A DNA stretch of 63,601 bases, filler included, from Octopus bimaculoides (GCF_001194135.2; 3 parts of 3 records of this genome joined end to end with filler, not necessarily neighbours in it); one strand, 5' to 3'; counted from the first letter of the whole stretch, positions 1-13,450 are shown. The notes: generated by a model from the sequence alone, not told the origin. Made by a program: numbers and translations.

Positions 1-63
<63 letters not shown>

Positions 64-251
64 GCACAGACACACACATACTTTACATATACATAGCATA
101 AATAAATTGCAATATTATATAATTATATAATATTATAAAATAATTGTATAATAATTATTGAAATTATATAATGTTATTTAACCGCCGTTTGTGTTTTATA
201 AAACACAAAGAATGGCGTTAAATTAATATTCTGCGTGTCATGCTTTGTAAT

Positions 252-295
<44 letters not shown>

Positions 296-801
296 ACATA
301 CACGCGTGCGCGAGTATGACATTGAACTGCATCCGGTAGAAAGGCTCCAATTTGGAAGTTCCGGAGCTGTGGGAGCATGGGGTCATCCTTTAATTACCAT
401 TTCTTAGAGGTCCGTTCTGACCTGGTTCATTAGTCTCTGTCAGGGTCCCATCTACTGGCTAAATAGATTTCCCGGGGGTTCAAGTGACTCCCATTATTTT
501 TTCACGAAGATCTGGAGAAGGCAGTTCTAGGAGAAAGAGAGACAGGCATGAAACTGTCAGTCAAAATAGTACCAGTCATTTTGCAATACTAGTCACTATG
601 GTGATTGAGAGAGTGGGAAAAGTGTTGCACAAGCATTTGTCAAACCTAATAACGCACAGATGTCTCACTATCGTTTAAATGTCTTGATCCGTTTTGTAGA
701 TTGTAAAGTTCTGTGGCGTGAGAGTCATATTTAAAGACGAAGTAAATCAAAACAAACAGGCTGAATGAGATGGCTGTTATTTGACAATATGAGGCAATCA
801 C

Positions 802-873
<72 letters not shown>

Positions 874-1874
874 GTATTTTGGTGAAAACACCTCGCTAAA
901 ATCTATAATGAATTATAATGTGTAGTATGAGTGCTTCATGTCACCGAATGTATTTTCCCCTAGCTGGTGAAAATCATGCTAAGATAGCTTTGCTTTGAAA
1001 TATAGTATCAAGGAAACTTAAGTTATATCCGTGTTGAACATAAAATGTCTGCTTTTCAGTACATTCATCCGTTCCAGACAATTTTTATCTAAAACCCATG
1101 AATGATGGCTTTATGCTGTTGGTCACAGACGATTTCTATTTCATTTTTACACTGCCCGATAAAAGATAACTAAAGATAAGTGGCTTGTAGCATGCATTTG
1201 AATAACATAGTCAAATAATGGTATAATAAATGCTATACCGAAAATTGATTTACCGAAAATTATTTCCGCCTCTAAAGGAGATATCATAGTTACTAATTGG
1301 CAATTAAACTAGCATCACTTGAGAAGGAGAGATAATACATAATCACCGTGTATCGGCTAGAGAAAATAGTTTAATATTGAGGCAAATAAGCCCTCGAAGG
1401 AAAAACAAAGTTTCAAGACTTCTCAGAAAGAAAGTTTTTGTACGGTAGTTGACATACTGATATTTTCTATATTATTCTAGCGCATGCCACTGTCCACATC
1501 GAGTTATTTCATTTTCGTTTAAATTAAATTATGCAAATTACTTTGGCCATTACTGATTTTTACTTTGTTTGAAAAAAACTAAATCCTTTGGCTGCTGGTG
1601 CTAAAACGGGTAATTATTGCGCCGGATAAAGCTATTGAGCCAGAAATACGTTTCTTTGAGTGTACTTTTATCACCAGACAATAAGCTTGTCCTTTTCCTT
1701 AGTGGTACGTCAACTTTGGAAAATTCCTGATTTTTGATTCAAGTGGAGCTGGTCTTAATTGAAGGTAAATAAAGTCTTAATTCCCATTTGCTAATTATGA
1801 TACATCCACTAGAAGCGGAGACAATTTTAATAAATCAAGAATTTATGCTGTATGGTATTTGACATACAGCATAA

Positions 1875-1924
<50 letters not shown>

Positions 1925-2468
1925 NNNNNNNNNNNNNNNNNNNNNNNNNNNNNNNNNNNNNNNNNNNNNNNNNNNNNNNNNNNNNNNNNNNNNNNNNNNN
2001 NNNNNNNNNNNNNNNNNNNNNNNNNNNNNNNNNNNNNNNNNNNNNNNNNNNNNNNNNNNNNNNNNNNNNNNNNNNNNNNNNNNNNNNNNNNNNNNNNNNN
2101 NNNNNNNNNNNNNNNNNNNNNNNNNNNNNNNNNNNNNNNNNNNNNNNNNNNNNNNNNNNNNNNNNNNNNNNNNNNNNNNNNNNNNNNNNNNNNNNNNNNN
2201 NNNNNNNNNNNNNNNNNNNNNNNNNNNNNNNNNNNNNNNNNNNNNNNNNNNNNNNNNNNNNNNNNNNNNNNNNNNNNNNNNNNNNNNNNNNNNNNNNNNN
2301 NNNNNNNNNNNNNNNNNNNNNNNNNNNNNNNNNNNNNNNNNNNNNNNNNNNNNNNNNNNNNNNNNNNNNNNNNNNNNNNNNNNNNNNNNNNNNNNNNNNN
2401 NNNNNNNNNNNNNNNNNNNNNNNNNNNNNNNNNNNNNNNNNNNNNNNNNNNNNNNNNNNNNNNNNNNN

Positions 2469-2503
<35 letters not shown>

Positions 2504-3968
2504 GCTTAGGAAAGCGAGTGTGAGAAATTATGTAACTGAGTAAAGTTAATCAGCTCATTAAAATGTCATTGTCGTTATCTTTGATCCCTTGAGTATAGAG
2601 GATAATAAAAATAAGTATCAGAAAGTAATATACAAGCTAAAGTCAACCACTGCACCTGCACTCCGACGAAAAAGAAATCGCATATGTACAAGAATGAGCA
2701 TAGAAACACATATATATGCATGGATATACATGCATACATATGAGTGGATATATTATCTCATGGTGATGATAATGATGGAGATGACTGTAAAGATATGGAT
2801 AAAAAATGGTGATGATTGTCAGAGATATATAAGAACGATAAGTAAAGTTTCGCATTTTCATATAAACAGGATGTAATATGATAGAAGGGACTCTTCGACG
2901 TTGCTATTCAGAGGATATTTATTCAACGTATCTGTAGATAAATTTAAGGTCAGCGACTATTCTGCGTACATGTAAATACGTTGGTCGTTAATCCACACAG
3001 CTCCTTGACCCATAAGGCTACCTTCTGAATGTCGCCTGTAAGCCCTGGCTGTCGATTTATTCTGTTGATTCTTATCAGATTCGTCTCTATTTCCATTTTA
3101 TCATTTCTTTTTCGATTCTTTTGTGTTTACGTTTTTCATTTTTTTTTTATGTTTGTCTCGCCCTCGTAAATCCTTCTCTCTTTTCACTTTCTTTCTTTTT
3201 CTTTTTTTTTTTTGTTTCTCTTTTGCTATTTCCTCTCTCGTCTGGATGCAAAATCTCCCTTCTGTCGGATTTTCTTTAATACCTACTTATAATTTCTGTA
3301 TCTCTTCTATAGCGCGCGCGCGCATACACCCACCCAGACATGTGCATACACACACACACGCACACACACACACACACTCACGCGTACGCCACTCAGATAT
3401 GCGCATGCACACACACACACACACACATATATACATATGCATACACAACGAAACATGGTCACACTCGTACACTGTTTCTCCAATTTCACTTTCAAATATA
3501 ATTATCTTTGTTTCATAGTCTTCTTTCTTCTCAATCTCTGTTTCTCTCACACACAAATTCCATCTCCCCTCGCTCACTCTCTACTCTCACTTCTACTCTC
3601 TTCCTCATATATATATATATATATATATCCCCTCTTTTAGTCAATTTGTCCTTGTCTCTCCTTATCTCGCACACTATTCCTATCTCTTACACACACAAAA
3701 CTCATTCACAAATACTGAGTCACTCAATTACAATCCCTTTCACTGTCTTCCTATATGAGTTTATCTGTTATATTGTTTCTCCTTCTCGCTCTCTCTCACT
3801 CTCTCTTTTCTTCTCTCTTTCAATCTGTTCCTCATTTATTCCACCCTCTCTAACGCACTACCACACTTTCTATATTTCTCTTGTTTCTGTATTTAGCTAT
3901 ATCTCATTTTTACTCTCTTCCCGTTTCAATACCTATAAACTCTTTTTCATTCTCATCCTAGCTAAACG

Positions 3969-3977
<9 letters not shown>

Positions 3978-4067
<90 letters not shown>
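3978..4067. repeat. (GATA)n microsatellite; one of dozens of (TA)n, (CA)n, (CT)n, (TATG)n and (AAT)n tracts in the window
   Basis: Directly visible. Confidence 0.97.
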
Positions 4068-4421
4068 TATTCAATACTTGATAGAATAACGTGATTTCTT
4101 TTTAATGTGGTACTTAATCTGAGAAAATATGCTACATAAGTTTCATGGATAGGCAATTATCTGTATCTAGGGTGCAATATCCCCAGCTAACCAGCAGACT
4201 CACTCCTTCCCATTATACATCTTTTTACTCATTCTATTTGTTTCAGCGCCTGAAATGTAACCCTGCTGGAGCACCGCATTCAAAAGTTTATTCGAACAAA
4301 TCTTTCCCAGTAATAATTTTTTTTTAAAGTCTATCGGTCATTTACGTGGATGTGTAAACAAACACTGGTTGTCAAATAGTGGGGGATGGGGGCAAACACA
4401 ATGAATAAATTGATATATACA

Positions 4422-4518
<97 letters not shown>

Positions 4519-4559
4519 AGATATATATGGTGGTTTTCTACTCCTTATGCAGAGTCTAA

Positions 4560-4720
4560 CCACCTTAGATCTTTTGAAGCCTCCGTTAAAATTGCAGACC
4601 TTATGGCATACACAGCACTGAAAGGTATGCACAGACATGTAGGCACAATAGTTGGTGAAGGTTCGTTTCTCATGGGTCCTCAAATGAGATTTGAGCCCAG
4701 CAAAAGAAAGGCACGCAACT
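4560..4720 (-). mobile_element. RTE-type LINE 3' fragment with degenerate C2H2 fingers
   Basis: Translates CLSFAGLKSHLRTHEK...FQCCVCHKVCNFNGGFKR; same architecture as the 6105-6685 copy. Confidence 0.6.
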
Positions 4721-5437
4721 AAGCGTTATGTTTGAGGGATAAGGTCAGACATATGACGCTTACTTGCATATGTCCATGGTTGTTATGATATACCTATGTC
4801 TATCCCTTCATTATCTTCACCATCAACATTAGTACCTTAGAAGATAACTGTTAATTCTTTACTTTAACCTGCGGGTTTTAATCTAATCTCCTTGACTTTA
4901 AACCTTAACCTCTGAGATCTCCAAATCTTAAATTGTAACTTTTTTTTCCTAAACAATTAAATATTTAACTGGTTTCTCCATTCAGGTCAGCTTCTCCATT
5001 CATCCTTTAATATATTCATGCCCTCACAGGTAGGAATAGATCTATAGCTACTGACCATAACCAACAGAAACTTCACCTGTTCAACAGACACAAATATTTA
5101 CTGCTTGACTTCTTGTCCCAACCCTAAACTTGAGGAATAGTGATGGCGTCTTATCGCTTATTCTCTTTATTTCTTTTCGTATTCTCCTTGATCCATTTCA
5201 TTATTATTTTTTATCCTCCATTATCTTCCTCCCCTCTTCTTTATCTGTAGCCTTATTTTTACAATTTATTCTTATTTCTTTATATTTCTACTTTTTATTT
5301 ATATTTTATATTTTTTATCTTTTACTCTATATTTTTATATTTCTTTATTTTTATTCTTCTAACCAATCCTTCTGACCAATCCTTGCTAATACCCAGTCAC
5401 TTACCTTCCTCCTCTTTCTATCCCCACAGGCTACCCC

Positions 5438-5471
<34 letters not shown>

Positions 5472-5579
5472 ATTAACCTCTCTTCCCCCCTCTCTCTCTC
5501 TCCTCATTAACCTCTATTTCCCCTTTTTTCTCTTTCTGTTCCTCCCTCCACTTTGCTCAATAGCTATTTTTATGGACAT

Positions 5580-5900
5580 TCTCTCACAAGCCAGCCATCT
5601 CAATATGAACACAGCGTTCCCATTTCTGCCAATATATTGCCTGGATATTTACGCTGTGGTCACATTACTCATACTTTGCCGTAATACTACTGCCTGGATT
5701 TACCTTGAATCTTACCCCAGGACATTCGGACTAACATCCGGACCCGCTGAAAAATGAACTGTGAACTTTATCTCCTTACTCGTTACTTTTCTGTTTCATT
5801 GCTTATTATCTGCGATAACGGAATACCCCATATTCAGGAATACTCGCCTACCACTTGGGATGTCCTAGAAACAGCTGTAAGATCTCAACTAATTTAAGAA
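5580..5900 (-). mobile_element. Highly degenerate Penelope-like endonuclease-region remnant
   Basis: Stop-interrupted translation RFKVNPGSSITAKYE...WQKWERCVHIEMAGL resembles a PLE linker/GIY-YIG region; weak. Confidence 0.3.
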
Positions 5901-5982
5901 TAATATAAAATGATGTATATGACTTTGAGATGCTTGTTATGCTTCGGCGGTTTTTGTCCTCTTCCACAAATGTGTGTGTGTG

Positions 5983-6043
<61 letters not shown>

Positions 6044-6104
6044 ATGATGAATTCTCTTGTCGTGAACGACAAATGAGTATTCAGTAAAATAAAACATTGA
6101 TCAT

Positions 6105-6685
6105 GTTCTATGGACACGAATGTGTCCCTTGAGGTCTGCTGATGCCTTGCACACCTTTTGGCAAATGGAACAAGTTGAGGACTCAGTGCTTGTGGATTAT
6201 TCACCATTTGTTTTCTTGAGTAGACGGCAAGGCCTGCTTTGCTTCGTACCACAAAACCACAATGACAGGTAAGGTTTCCATTTAGAGGAGCAGCGTTTTG
6301 CCAGCGTACCTTCATGCTTGCACGAAGTTGGTCCCGATGTCGGAGTCGACTTTGCTCAACTCTTTGAGCTGAGGAGAAGCAGGACTGGCGCCAGGTCCTG
6401 CGTTCTGATGCTTTTGTTTTCCCACGAAGGAAAGGGAATGTTGCATCGCTTCAGATTGTCGTTTAGTTTGTCTTCGAAGCGCAAGAGTGGCCTTCCAACT
6501 GACCATCCTGTTGGGAAGTGACCAAAGAGAAGTTACTTCGGAATTCTGATATCACTCATACGCGAGGGATGACCTGACTGTCTAAGCTGTATTTCGATGA
6601 GGATGGCGTCAATATCTGAAATGTATTTTGTTTGTACCTCACTGTTATGAATATTGTCACTCGGTTTTATGCTAGACATATACAA
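6105..6685 (-). mobile_element. RTE-type LINE 3' fragment (frameshifted)
   Basis: QLRQSGHPSRMSDIRIPK*LLFG, GRPLLRFEDKLNDNLKRCNIP, then CHCGFVVRSKAGL and TCSICQKVCKASADLKGHIRVH* C2H2 motifs; (CAT)n tail near 6040. Confidence 0.85.
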
Positions 6686-6832
6686 TTTCCTTCTTCGAAA
6701 TTCACCCGCAAGGCATTGGGCGGTTTGAGGTTACAAGCTGCAGACACTTTCCCAAAGTGCAACACAATGGGACTGAACCCGAAATCACATGTTTGCAAAG
6801 CGAGCTTTTTAAGTACACAGCCATGCCTGCGA
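6685..6832 (-). mobile_element. tRNA-derived SINE 5' part abutting the RTE fragment
   Basis: ggcatggctgtg...gggttcagtccc...ttgggaaagtgtct head and core match the 52150-52365 copy. Confidence 0.75.
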
Positions 6833-7142
6833 CTAATACGTATCTATATATTATTTGATATATACACATGTGTGTGACTGAGTGCGTTTGTGTGTATGTG
6901 TGTGCATCTTTCGTCGGTTTTCACATTGTTTATTCAGTCCAATCAACTGAGGTACCCGATCATTCAATTGACTTGTATGTGGTTGAATATTCCGCAGATA
7001 CGTTAATTCCAAGCGTGATTCTCAGATTGAAAATAGCGTGACACGCTGCGCTTAAAACTGTGTCTTTCATTTATAGGTACAAAGCATCTGATCAGCTTCC
7101 CGTAGTCTTTCTGTCTACACTGTTTCACTCACAAGATTTGTG

Positions 7143-7390
7143 CGTGTTTACCATGTGGTGAAAACGATCAATGTTTTCCTAAGTGATAGCAGTTGCAGGA
7201 CGTCCAGGCATTGGGTCATCTTCAAGACTCTCTCTTTCCTTCTTAAATTCAACCGCCCACTTTTGATAAAGCTGAAGTGATATCCTCTAATGTAGCAACC
7301 ATGTCAGTATGAATGTTATTAGGGGCTAAGCCCTTTGTCTGCAGGTATTTCATAACACCACGATGCCAAAATGTTGTCGTTTTCAAGAGA
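7143..7390 (-). mobile_element. Mariner transposase N-terminal fragment
   Basis: MKYLQTKGLAPNNIHTDMVATLED...EDDPMPGRPATAIT*ENID (HTH plus 'LEDDPRxGRP' motif). Confidence 0.8.
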
Positions 7391-7780
7391 AGTCGCTACT
7401 AGTTACTTCTGAGATCTTTGAACAGTAAGATTTCTATTTACTTAGCAAGAAACAATGCAGTTATTGATAAGAAGAATTTAGAATTAAAGCCTGCAAGATT
7501 TCACGGCTCTAGCATCACTTCTTTATAGTCCAGCCCACATTCGTACATATGTATCTTGAGTGCATGAATCGTTGTGTGTAGAGAAGGTGGCTGTATGACA
7601 TCTTATTTATTTTTTCTATCGCAGTATCTGATTAACAAATCTGTGCTAGTTGTAGCTGTGTCCATCATCGCGTCTGTCTAATAATATCTAAGAACAAATT
7701 ATCTCAAACATTTCAGTAGACTGAAACTGTAAAGAAGCGCGTGCGTGCGTGTGCGTGTGCGTGTGCGTGTGCGTGTGCGT

Positions 7781-7811
<31 letters not shown>

Positions 7812-8282
7812 CCTGTCAGTCTGTCTGTCTGTCTACCTGCCTGCCTGCCTGTCACTAAATCCGCCTGGGAAGAGAACAATTTATGTGTTTATGTCCCTTG
7901 CCGAGCGATGCAAGAAACAAAGAACTCTAAGGCTTCCAAATGTAAAGCCAAAACATAAATACTAGATTCGATATAATGAACTAGAACTTTTTCAAAGTGC
8001 TGTGCCACATGTAGCCAAGACGATTATTGAAACTTGTAATGGAATAAATGAGTTTATGTGTCTGTTTTTAGGAAGAATGTCACACATTTTATAATTCCTC
8101 TGAAAGCCAGGTTTGACATTTAAAAATATTTTAGCTCCCCTGATTTATGTTGTGTCATGCATCAAAATATATACAATAATCCCTCGCCATATCACGGGAC
8201 ATCTGTCGCGGTTTATTATTTAAGTTTACGTCGATTCCTTTGTGGTGTTGTTTTGCTTTTATAATAAAATGAATATATATAA

Positions 8283-8362
8283 AGGTGCCACACAATGGAA
8301 CTGTACCTGGAACCGTGTCGCTGGGAAGTAAACTTCTTACCACAAAGTCACGCCTATGCCTA
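8283..8362 (-). mobile_element. SINE head fragment
   Basis: ggcgtgactttgtggtaagaagtttacttccc...ggttccaggtacagttcc tRNA-like A/B boxes. Confidence 0.7.
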
Positions 8363-8418
8363 TTTTCAACAGATAGGTTTCTTTTATTGATATATATAGT
8401 TAAAGGTTATATACTTAC

Positions 8419-8464
8419 GTCAATATTCCTGAGATAATGTCCACCACTGTCCCCGACCTGAAAA
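8419..8464 (-). CDS. LBP/BPI: Probable LBP/BPI exon, 46 nt (FQVGDSGGHYLRNID) or 39 nt with acceptor at 8457 (SGTVVDIISGIL)
   Basis: Tandem acceptors tttcag/ttttcag, strong donor gtaagta; both versions are open after a phase-2 junction; size is close to the expected short exon. Confidence 0.65.
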
Positions 8465-9092
8465 CTGAAATTATAGCAAACATTAGAAGAGATCATATAG
8501 TTTTAATGGGGTTTGTCTTCTGGAAACCTTGACACCTGATTGATCAAGCAAATTTATGATGAAAAATATTTCAGTCATATATTTTGTATCAGCAATATTC
8601 TACCAAGGACTGTATTAATCAATGTTGGCTCACCATTTTTCAAGCGGTAAAATGGTTGTTGTTAATGGTAACTACTTTGGCTGCTATTTTTAGCAAGTCG
8701 ATCGACCACGAAAAGGCTCGCTTTTTGACTCAAGAAAGTATATCATTATATTAATTAGTCATGTGTCTAAATGTGAAACAGTTAGTATTAACTTTTAATT
8801 ACTGTAACTGTCGTTATTGTTGTTGTTACAAGAATAGCGAGCTGACAGAACCATTAGAGCGTTGGGAAAAAAGCTTTACATTATTTTTTCGAGCCATTAC
8901 AGTTTGGATTCAAATCCGACTGAAATCAACTTTACCATTTATCCTCTCAGTGTCTGTAAAAGAAACACCAGTTATGTACATCGATGGCATCGAATGATAC
9001 CCCTCCTCGAAATGGCTAGTGTGGTACTTAAATTAGAAAACATTTGGACCCTATTGGCTATAAAAGAAGCCGTTATTATTATTTGGAAATAG

Positions 9093-9312
9093 AGGCGCGT
9101 GGTTTAGTAGTTAGGGTGTTGGACTCATGATCGTAAGATTGTGGTTTCGATGCCTGCACCGGGTGTCACATTGTGTTCTTTAGCAAAATTCTTTATTTTA
9201 TGTTACTCCAGTCCATTCAGCTGGCAAAAATTAGTAATCCTGCGACGAACCGGCGTACCGTCCAGGTGGGAAATATATACGTCAGGAATCCGGAAGCCCG
9301 ACCCTATGAGTT
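9093..9312 (+). mobile_element. tRNA-derived SINE (variant with cctgcgacgaaccggcgt-ccgtccagg body)
   Basis: A box gtggtttagtag, B box ggtttcgatgcc; homologous to 62295-62495. Confidence 0.85.
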
Positions 9313-9564
9313 TAGATGATTGTACGTTCCGCGAAAGATTTATCCACAACAATCTCCACCTAATGCTCTAACGCGATACATCATTCAGCTGGTCGGGAAA
9401 TGATCTATCTATTGCAGAACGCTTTGTCCAAAGCATTCAACAAGATTACCGTTACCTGGCGGGTATCTGTAGAGTTGATTTTGGTCCCGTCTTCAGAGGC
9501 TAGATCACCATAATGTACAGCACCGTGTGCTGACACACGTATGACAACGCGTGCTGACATGTGT

Positions 9565-9868
9565 ATGGCTCAGTAGTTAGAGCGTCGGGCTCACAACCAT
9601 GAGGTAGTCAGTTCGATTCCTGAGCCGAGTTGTGCGTTATGTTCTTGAGCAAAACACTTTATTTCACGTAGAAATGAGTTGCGCTGTCACTGGTACCAAG
9701 CTGTACCAGACTTTGCCTTTCCTTTGGATAACGTTGGTGGCGTGGAGAGAGGAGACTGATATGCATGGGCGACCGCTGGTCTTCCATAAACAACCTTCCT
9801 GGACTTGTGCCTCGCTGAAGAACTTTCTAGGTGCAATCCCATGGTTATTTATGACTGAAGGGGATCTT
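9565..9868 (+). mobile_element. tRNA-derived SINE (different 3' body)
   Basis: tggctcagtagttagagc...agttcgattcc head; gttcttgagcaaaacactttatttcac core. Confidence 0.8.
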
Positions 9869-10933
9869 TATGTAGGTGCGTATGTATGTATGTATATATT
9901 TCCCTTTTTTTGCAAGAAACTGGAGTCAGCTGACGTTGGTTATATATAGGCAATCTTATCTTACACAAACCTTAAACGATCTTCATGGACTATTCGTGAC
10001 CGTACACTCAATACGCATAACATCGAAGCATCAAGCGAAAGCCTCCGCATGGTAGCCCTATCTTCTAGAATTCCCAGGCGAATCTCCATCAGATCCCTTC
10101 TTATTATCTTATCTTATCCATTTAAAACTTTGGCCCTGGATGTGGATTACATGAAACATAAGGATGGGGCGGTTACGGCGTTCCAGCCTTGGGATTTCGC
10201 AACAGCAACAACTTGTACTCCTACTACCAAGCTTTATGCAAATCCAGTACATATTTAACAACCAAGCACTATACACATGGCTACCGTAGGCGCCAGTTCA
10301 TGCAGTGAAACACACAAATACATTTACAACAACGACACTATTGATCATGTAATTGTTAACATATTTAACACAGGGAACATCACAAATTTATTTGAAAATA
10401 TCCATAAGGCGAGGTAAAGAAAAAAAAGAACAAAGAAAATATTTATCATTATCAAATATGTTTAACTAAACTCGACAAATGCAGTGGAAAGAAACTCAGA
10501 TCATCTTCGGTTTTTTTTTTGCTGTTTTGCAACTTCAGCAAAACTCTACAAATTCTATTATTATTTGTGAAGTATTTTGGGGAGATTAAGTTAATATATA
10601 ATATCGTACATTGGTTGCACAGAGAATTAGAGTAGTATATAGAATAAATTATGTTTATTTAATGATTCTTCCATCAACTAATTCGCCAAGTGCAAAGACG
10701 TCTATGCATTACTGGTAAGGTCATAATAAAAATAATCTCCCGAATTCAAATGAATATTAACGAGTTGTTTTTCATGTTTGTTGCCATTACAGCATTATTT
10801 TTTTCTTTTTAGTTTATTTTTCTTCATCTTCCAATATCAAATATGTTAACATTAAGCTAACAACGGTTTTCAAGCGGATAGCTTCTCGAAGTAATATAAT
10901 CTTTCAGTTATAAAATATTCAAAAGGAACTTAC

Positions 10934-11001
10934 CTCATTGAATGAACTTTGTAAAACAACTGACTGGAATTCACTAAAGCTTTCACGTTACCATGCAGTT
11001 C
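10934..11001 (-). CDS. LBP/BPI: LBP/BPI exon, 68 nt, phase 0-2 (ELHGNVKALVNSSQLFYKVHSM)
   Basis: Acceptor ttcatcacctttag, donor gtaagtt; only one frame is open; size and phase as expected after the 168-nt exon. Confidence 0.8.
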
Positions 11002-11254
11002 CTAAAGGTGATGAACATACAGTATATTATATACATGCAAAGGGACAAGCAATATGCATTATTGTCATTAACTTGACAGTTAGGCGTTTGCAGTTCATTG
11101 TACCAGTCGGGCAGTGCAGTGGGTAACGAGCCACCCTTGCAGTCTACAGGAAATTAGTGGTGGTGGAGGGGATGGATAAGCGATGTAATTGATCTAACAT
11201 CATATGACGGAGAAAAAACATTTGGGCAGTCTATTCCAGAGGAGTTTCAATTTG

Positions 11255-11575
11255 GAGAAAATGGTACTTATTTTATAGACCCCGGAGGAATACGAACTGG
11301 GAGCGTAAGGACGGACGAAATGCGGCTAAACATTCTACCCGGTGTGCTAACGATTCTGCCAGCTCGCCACCTTCTTAATAATAATCCTTTCTACTATAGG
11401 TACAAGGACTGAAATTTGGGGGATGGGGCCAGTCGATTAGATCAACCCCAGTACGTAACTGGCGCTTAACTTATCGACCCCAAGACGATGAAAGGCAAAG
11501 TCGACCTCAGCGAAATTTGAACTCAAGTAGTAGCGACAGGCGAAATACTGCTAAGCATTTTGTCCGGCGTATTAC
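11255..11575 (-). mobile_element. Two tandem SINEs of the 'ggcgagctggcagaatcgttagc' family (Deu/Nin-like core)
   Basis: Reverse complement contains gccttt-catc..gggtcgataa..taag core and a (TAT)n tail; matches 47371 and 51405 copies. Confidence 0.85.
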
Positions 11576-12144
11576 AATGATAATATTACAATGAGTTCCT
11601 CAGGTCTTTCGGATACTTATGCTTGGAAAACAAAATATAGAATTGACGAGGTTATGTCGGAATCATCATCATAATGCATTCCATATTTAGTACCACAAGG
11701 AGGTCTGCTGAAATTGAAGGAAGTATAAATTTCTCTCAAATCTCGATGAACTTCCAAGGCGCAGTAGCAATTAAAGTTAAAAACGGATGAGAGATGTATC
11801 TCCACTTATATAGACCGTTAGTTTGTTTATCTTACATAGTATTGCCATATTGTGGTATATTTATTTTTAACTATAGGAACTGAAGCACTGTGTACTAGTA
11901 TTTCTGGAAGACCAATAGTAAAAAACATTGCCTCTACATTTTAAAACCAAACGACACAGGCATGAATTCATGGATTGTTTTTACATTTGAGGACATTGAA
12001 ATATTTGAGGGCATTGAAATATTTGAGGTAGTGAAGTTGTGTTGCTAGTGTCCTTATTGTGATTGACGGTCAAGTTACTTTAGACAGGAATCGAAACGGA
12101 CGTATGAAAAAGAAATTTATTAATTATCATAATAAATAACCTAC

Positions 12145-12312
12145 CACTCTTATCCCAAATGCATCGACATGTGATGTGTTCTGTAGATGGACGAGAAATC
12201 GAAGGAGACCATTAATGTTCAATTCAATGTTGTCTGATTGGAAATGTATCTTTGGTCTACTAATGGCGGATATTTCTACCGTTGTCTCACTGTTTGGAAA
12301 TGATTCGCCAAT
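12145..12312 (-). CDS. LBP/BPI: LBP/BPI exon, 168 nt, phase 0-0 (IGESFPNSETTVEISAISRPKIHFQSDNIELNINGLLRFLVHLQNTSHVDAFGIRV)
   Basis: Acceptor ttcttttgatttgctttag, donor gtaggt; open frame resembling BPI2 'xAKKFPNM..xSAxxPP..' segment. Confidence 0.92.
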
Positions 12313-12459
12313 CTAAAGCAAATCAAAAGAACAGAATGCATATATAAATTAATTAATTAGCACAATCACGCAGCTTTAAGTGTATTGATTTTTATAGCAG
12401 AAACAGCTAGAAGCCAATGAAGTTGATTATATAATTTCTGTTCCCTTGTCAGTAATTAA

Positions 12460-12494
<35 letters not shown>

Positions 12495-13312
12495 CATAAT
12501 TATATCATTTTTATATTTTTACTTAGAAATAATGTCTTGATCTTAAGAAGAATAACATGAAGAGTCCAAGACACGTTGATGAAACAATACAATGAGCTGT
12601 TCACGTTCTGAGGCCGCCAGATCGTCAGTGTGTAAAAATAACATTTTGCCGGACAGCAATAAGGAGAAGATAGGAGAATTTACAAAAGCCACATAAATCT
12701 TTCAAAAGACCCTGAAGGCTGTCAAAGACGCTAGGAGAACAAAAAACACTTAACTAATCGAGAAAGATTGAAAACTGTCTCCAACGACGCAACCATACGC
12801 TGGATTAACTAATTTATTTATACATAATTTTCAGTATATTTTATTGTTTAACTGTTCACAGATTTTGCTTAACTCCGCTTCAAGATATCGGAGACTATCA
12901 TGACATTAATTTTTATTTATTGATATAATACTTCATGGCAAGATTTAATCTAAATATGTACATTTTATAAATACTAGCACCCCCGCATTGCGAAGGAAAT
13001 GTGTTCATAAAAATCTTAGCACAACGTGCTTTAAATGATATTAAAACTAAGCTACATCAAATATACTCTTACCCAAAATTAGTGTCTTGAGCATTGGTTA
13101 GAAATCATAATTTTAATTCCACTAATTTCTGTTCACCACGGGGGTTAAGGTGGATCAAATAAGCATTCCTTGAATACTGGAATCAATTTAATTAAGCGTG
13201 GCCCCACTCATAAAAATGTTGTACACTTGTACTTTACCGAAAGAAATATTCAGTATCTTAATAAATGAAAAGCAAATATTAAAAACAACAACAAAAAGAA
13301 CTGTTTTCAAAC

Positions 13313-13390
13313 CTGTGGAATGAGTCTTCCGATACAAATTGTCTCCTCTGAGCATGTCGTCATCAAGAGTTCGCTTTGTGCGGCCGGCAG
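13313..13390 (-). CDS. LBP/BPI: LBP/BPI exon, 78 nt, phase 0-0 (LPAAQSELLMTTCSEETICIGRLIPQ)
   Basis: Acceptor ttctttcaccattcag, weaker donor gtttga; TTC..CIGxLIPQ motif precedes the IGxxFPN exon. Confidence 0.88.
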
Positions 13391-13450
13391 CTGAATGGTG
13401 AAAGAATACATTTGAATCACTTTTAATAAGTTTGTATTATTATTGTACTG

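Noticed and set aside
4204-4250. 46-nt segment with GT-AG signals
   Set aside because: Overlaps a decayed SINE tail and its phase does not fit the BPI chain.
5715-5747. 31-nt segment with strong splice signals as the next BPI exon
   Set aside because: The peptide does not resemble BPI and the surroundings look like a degenerate PLE remnant.
9565-9625. tRNA-like A/B boxes here and in other SINE heads as tRNA genes
   Set aside because: No complete cloverleaf; each continues into a SINE body.
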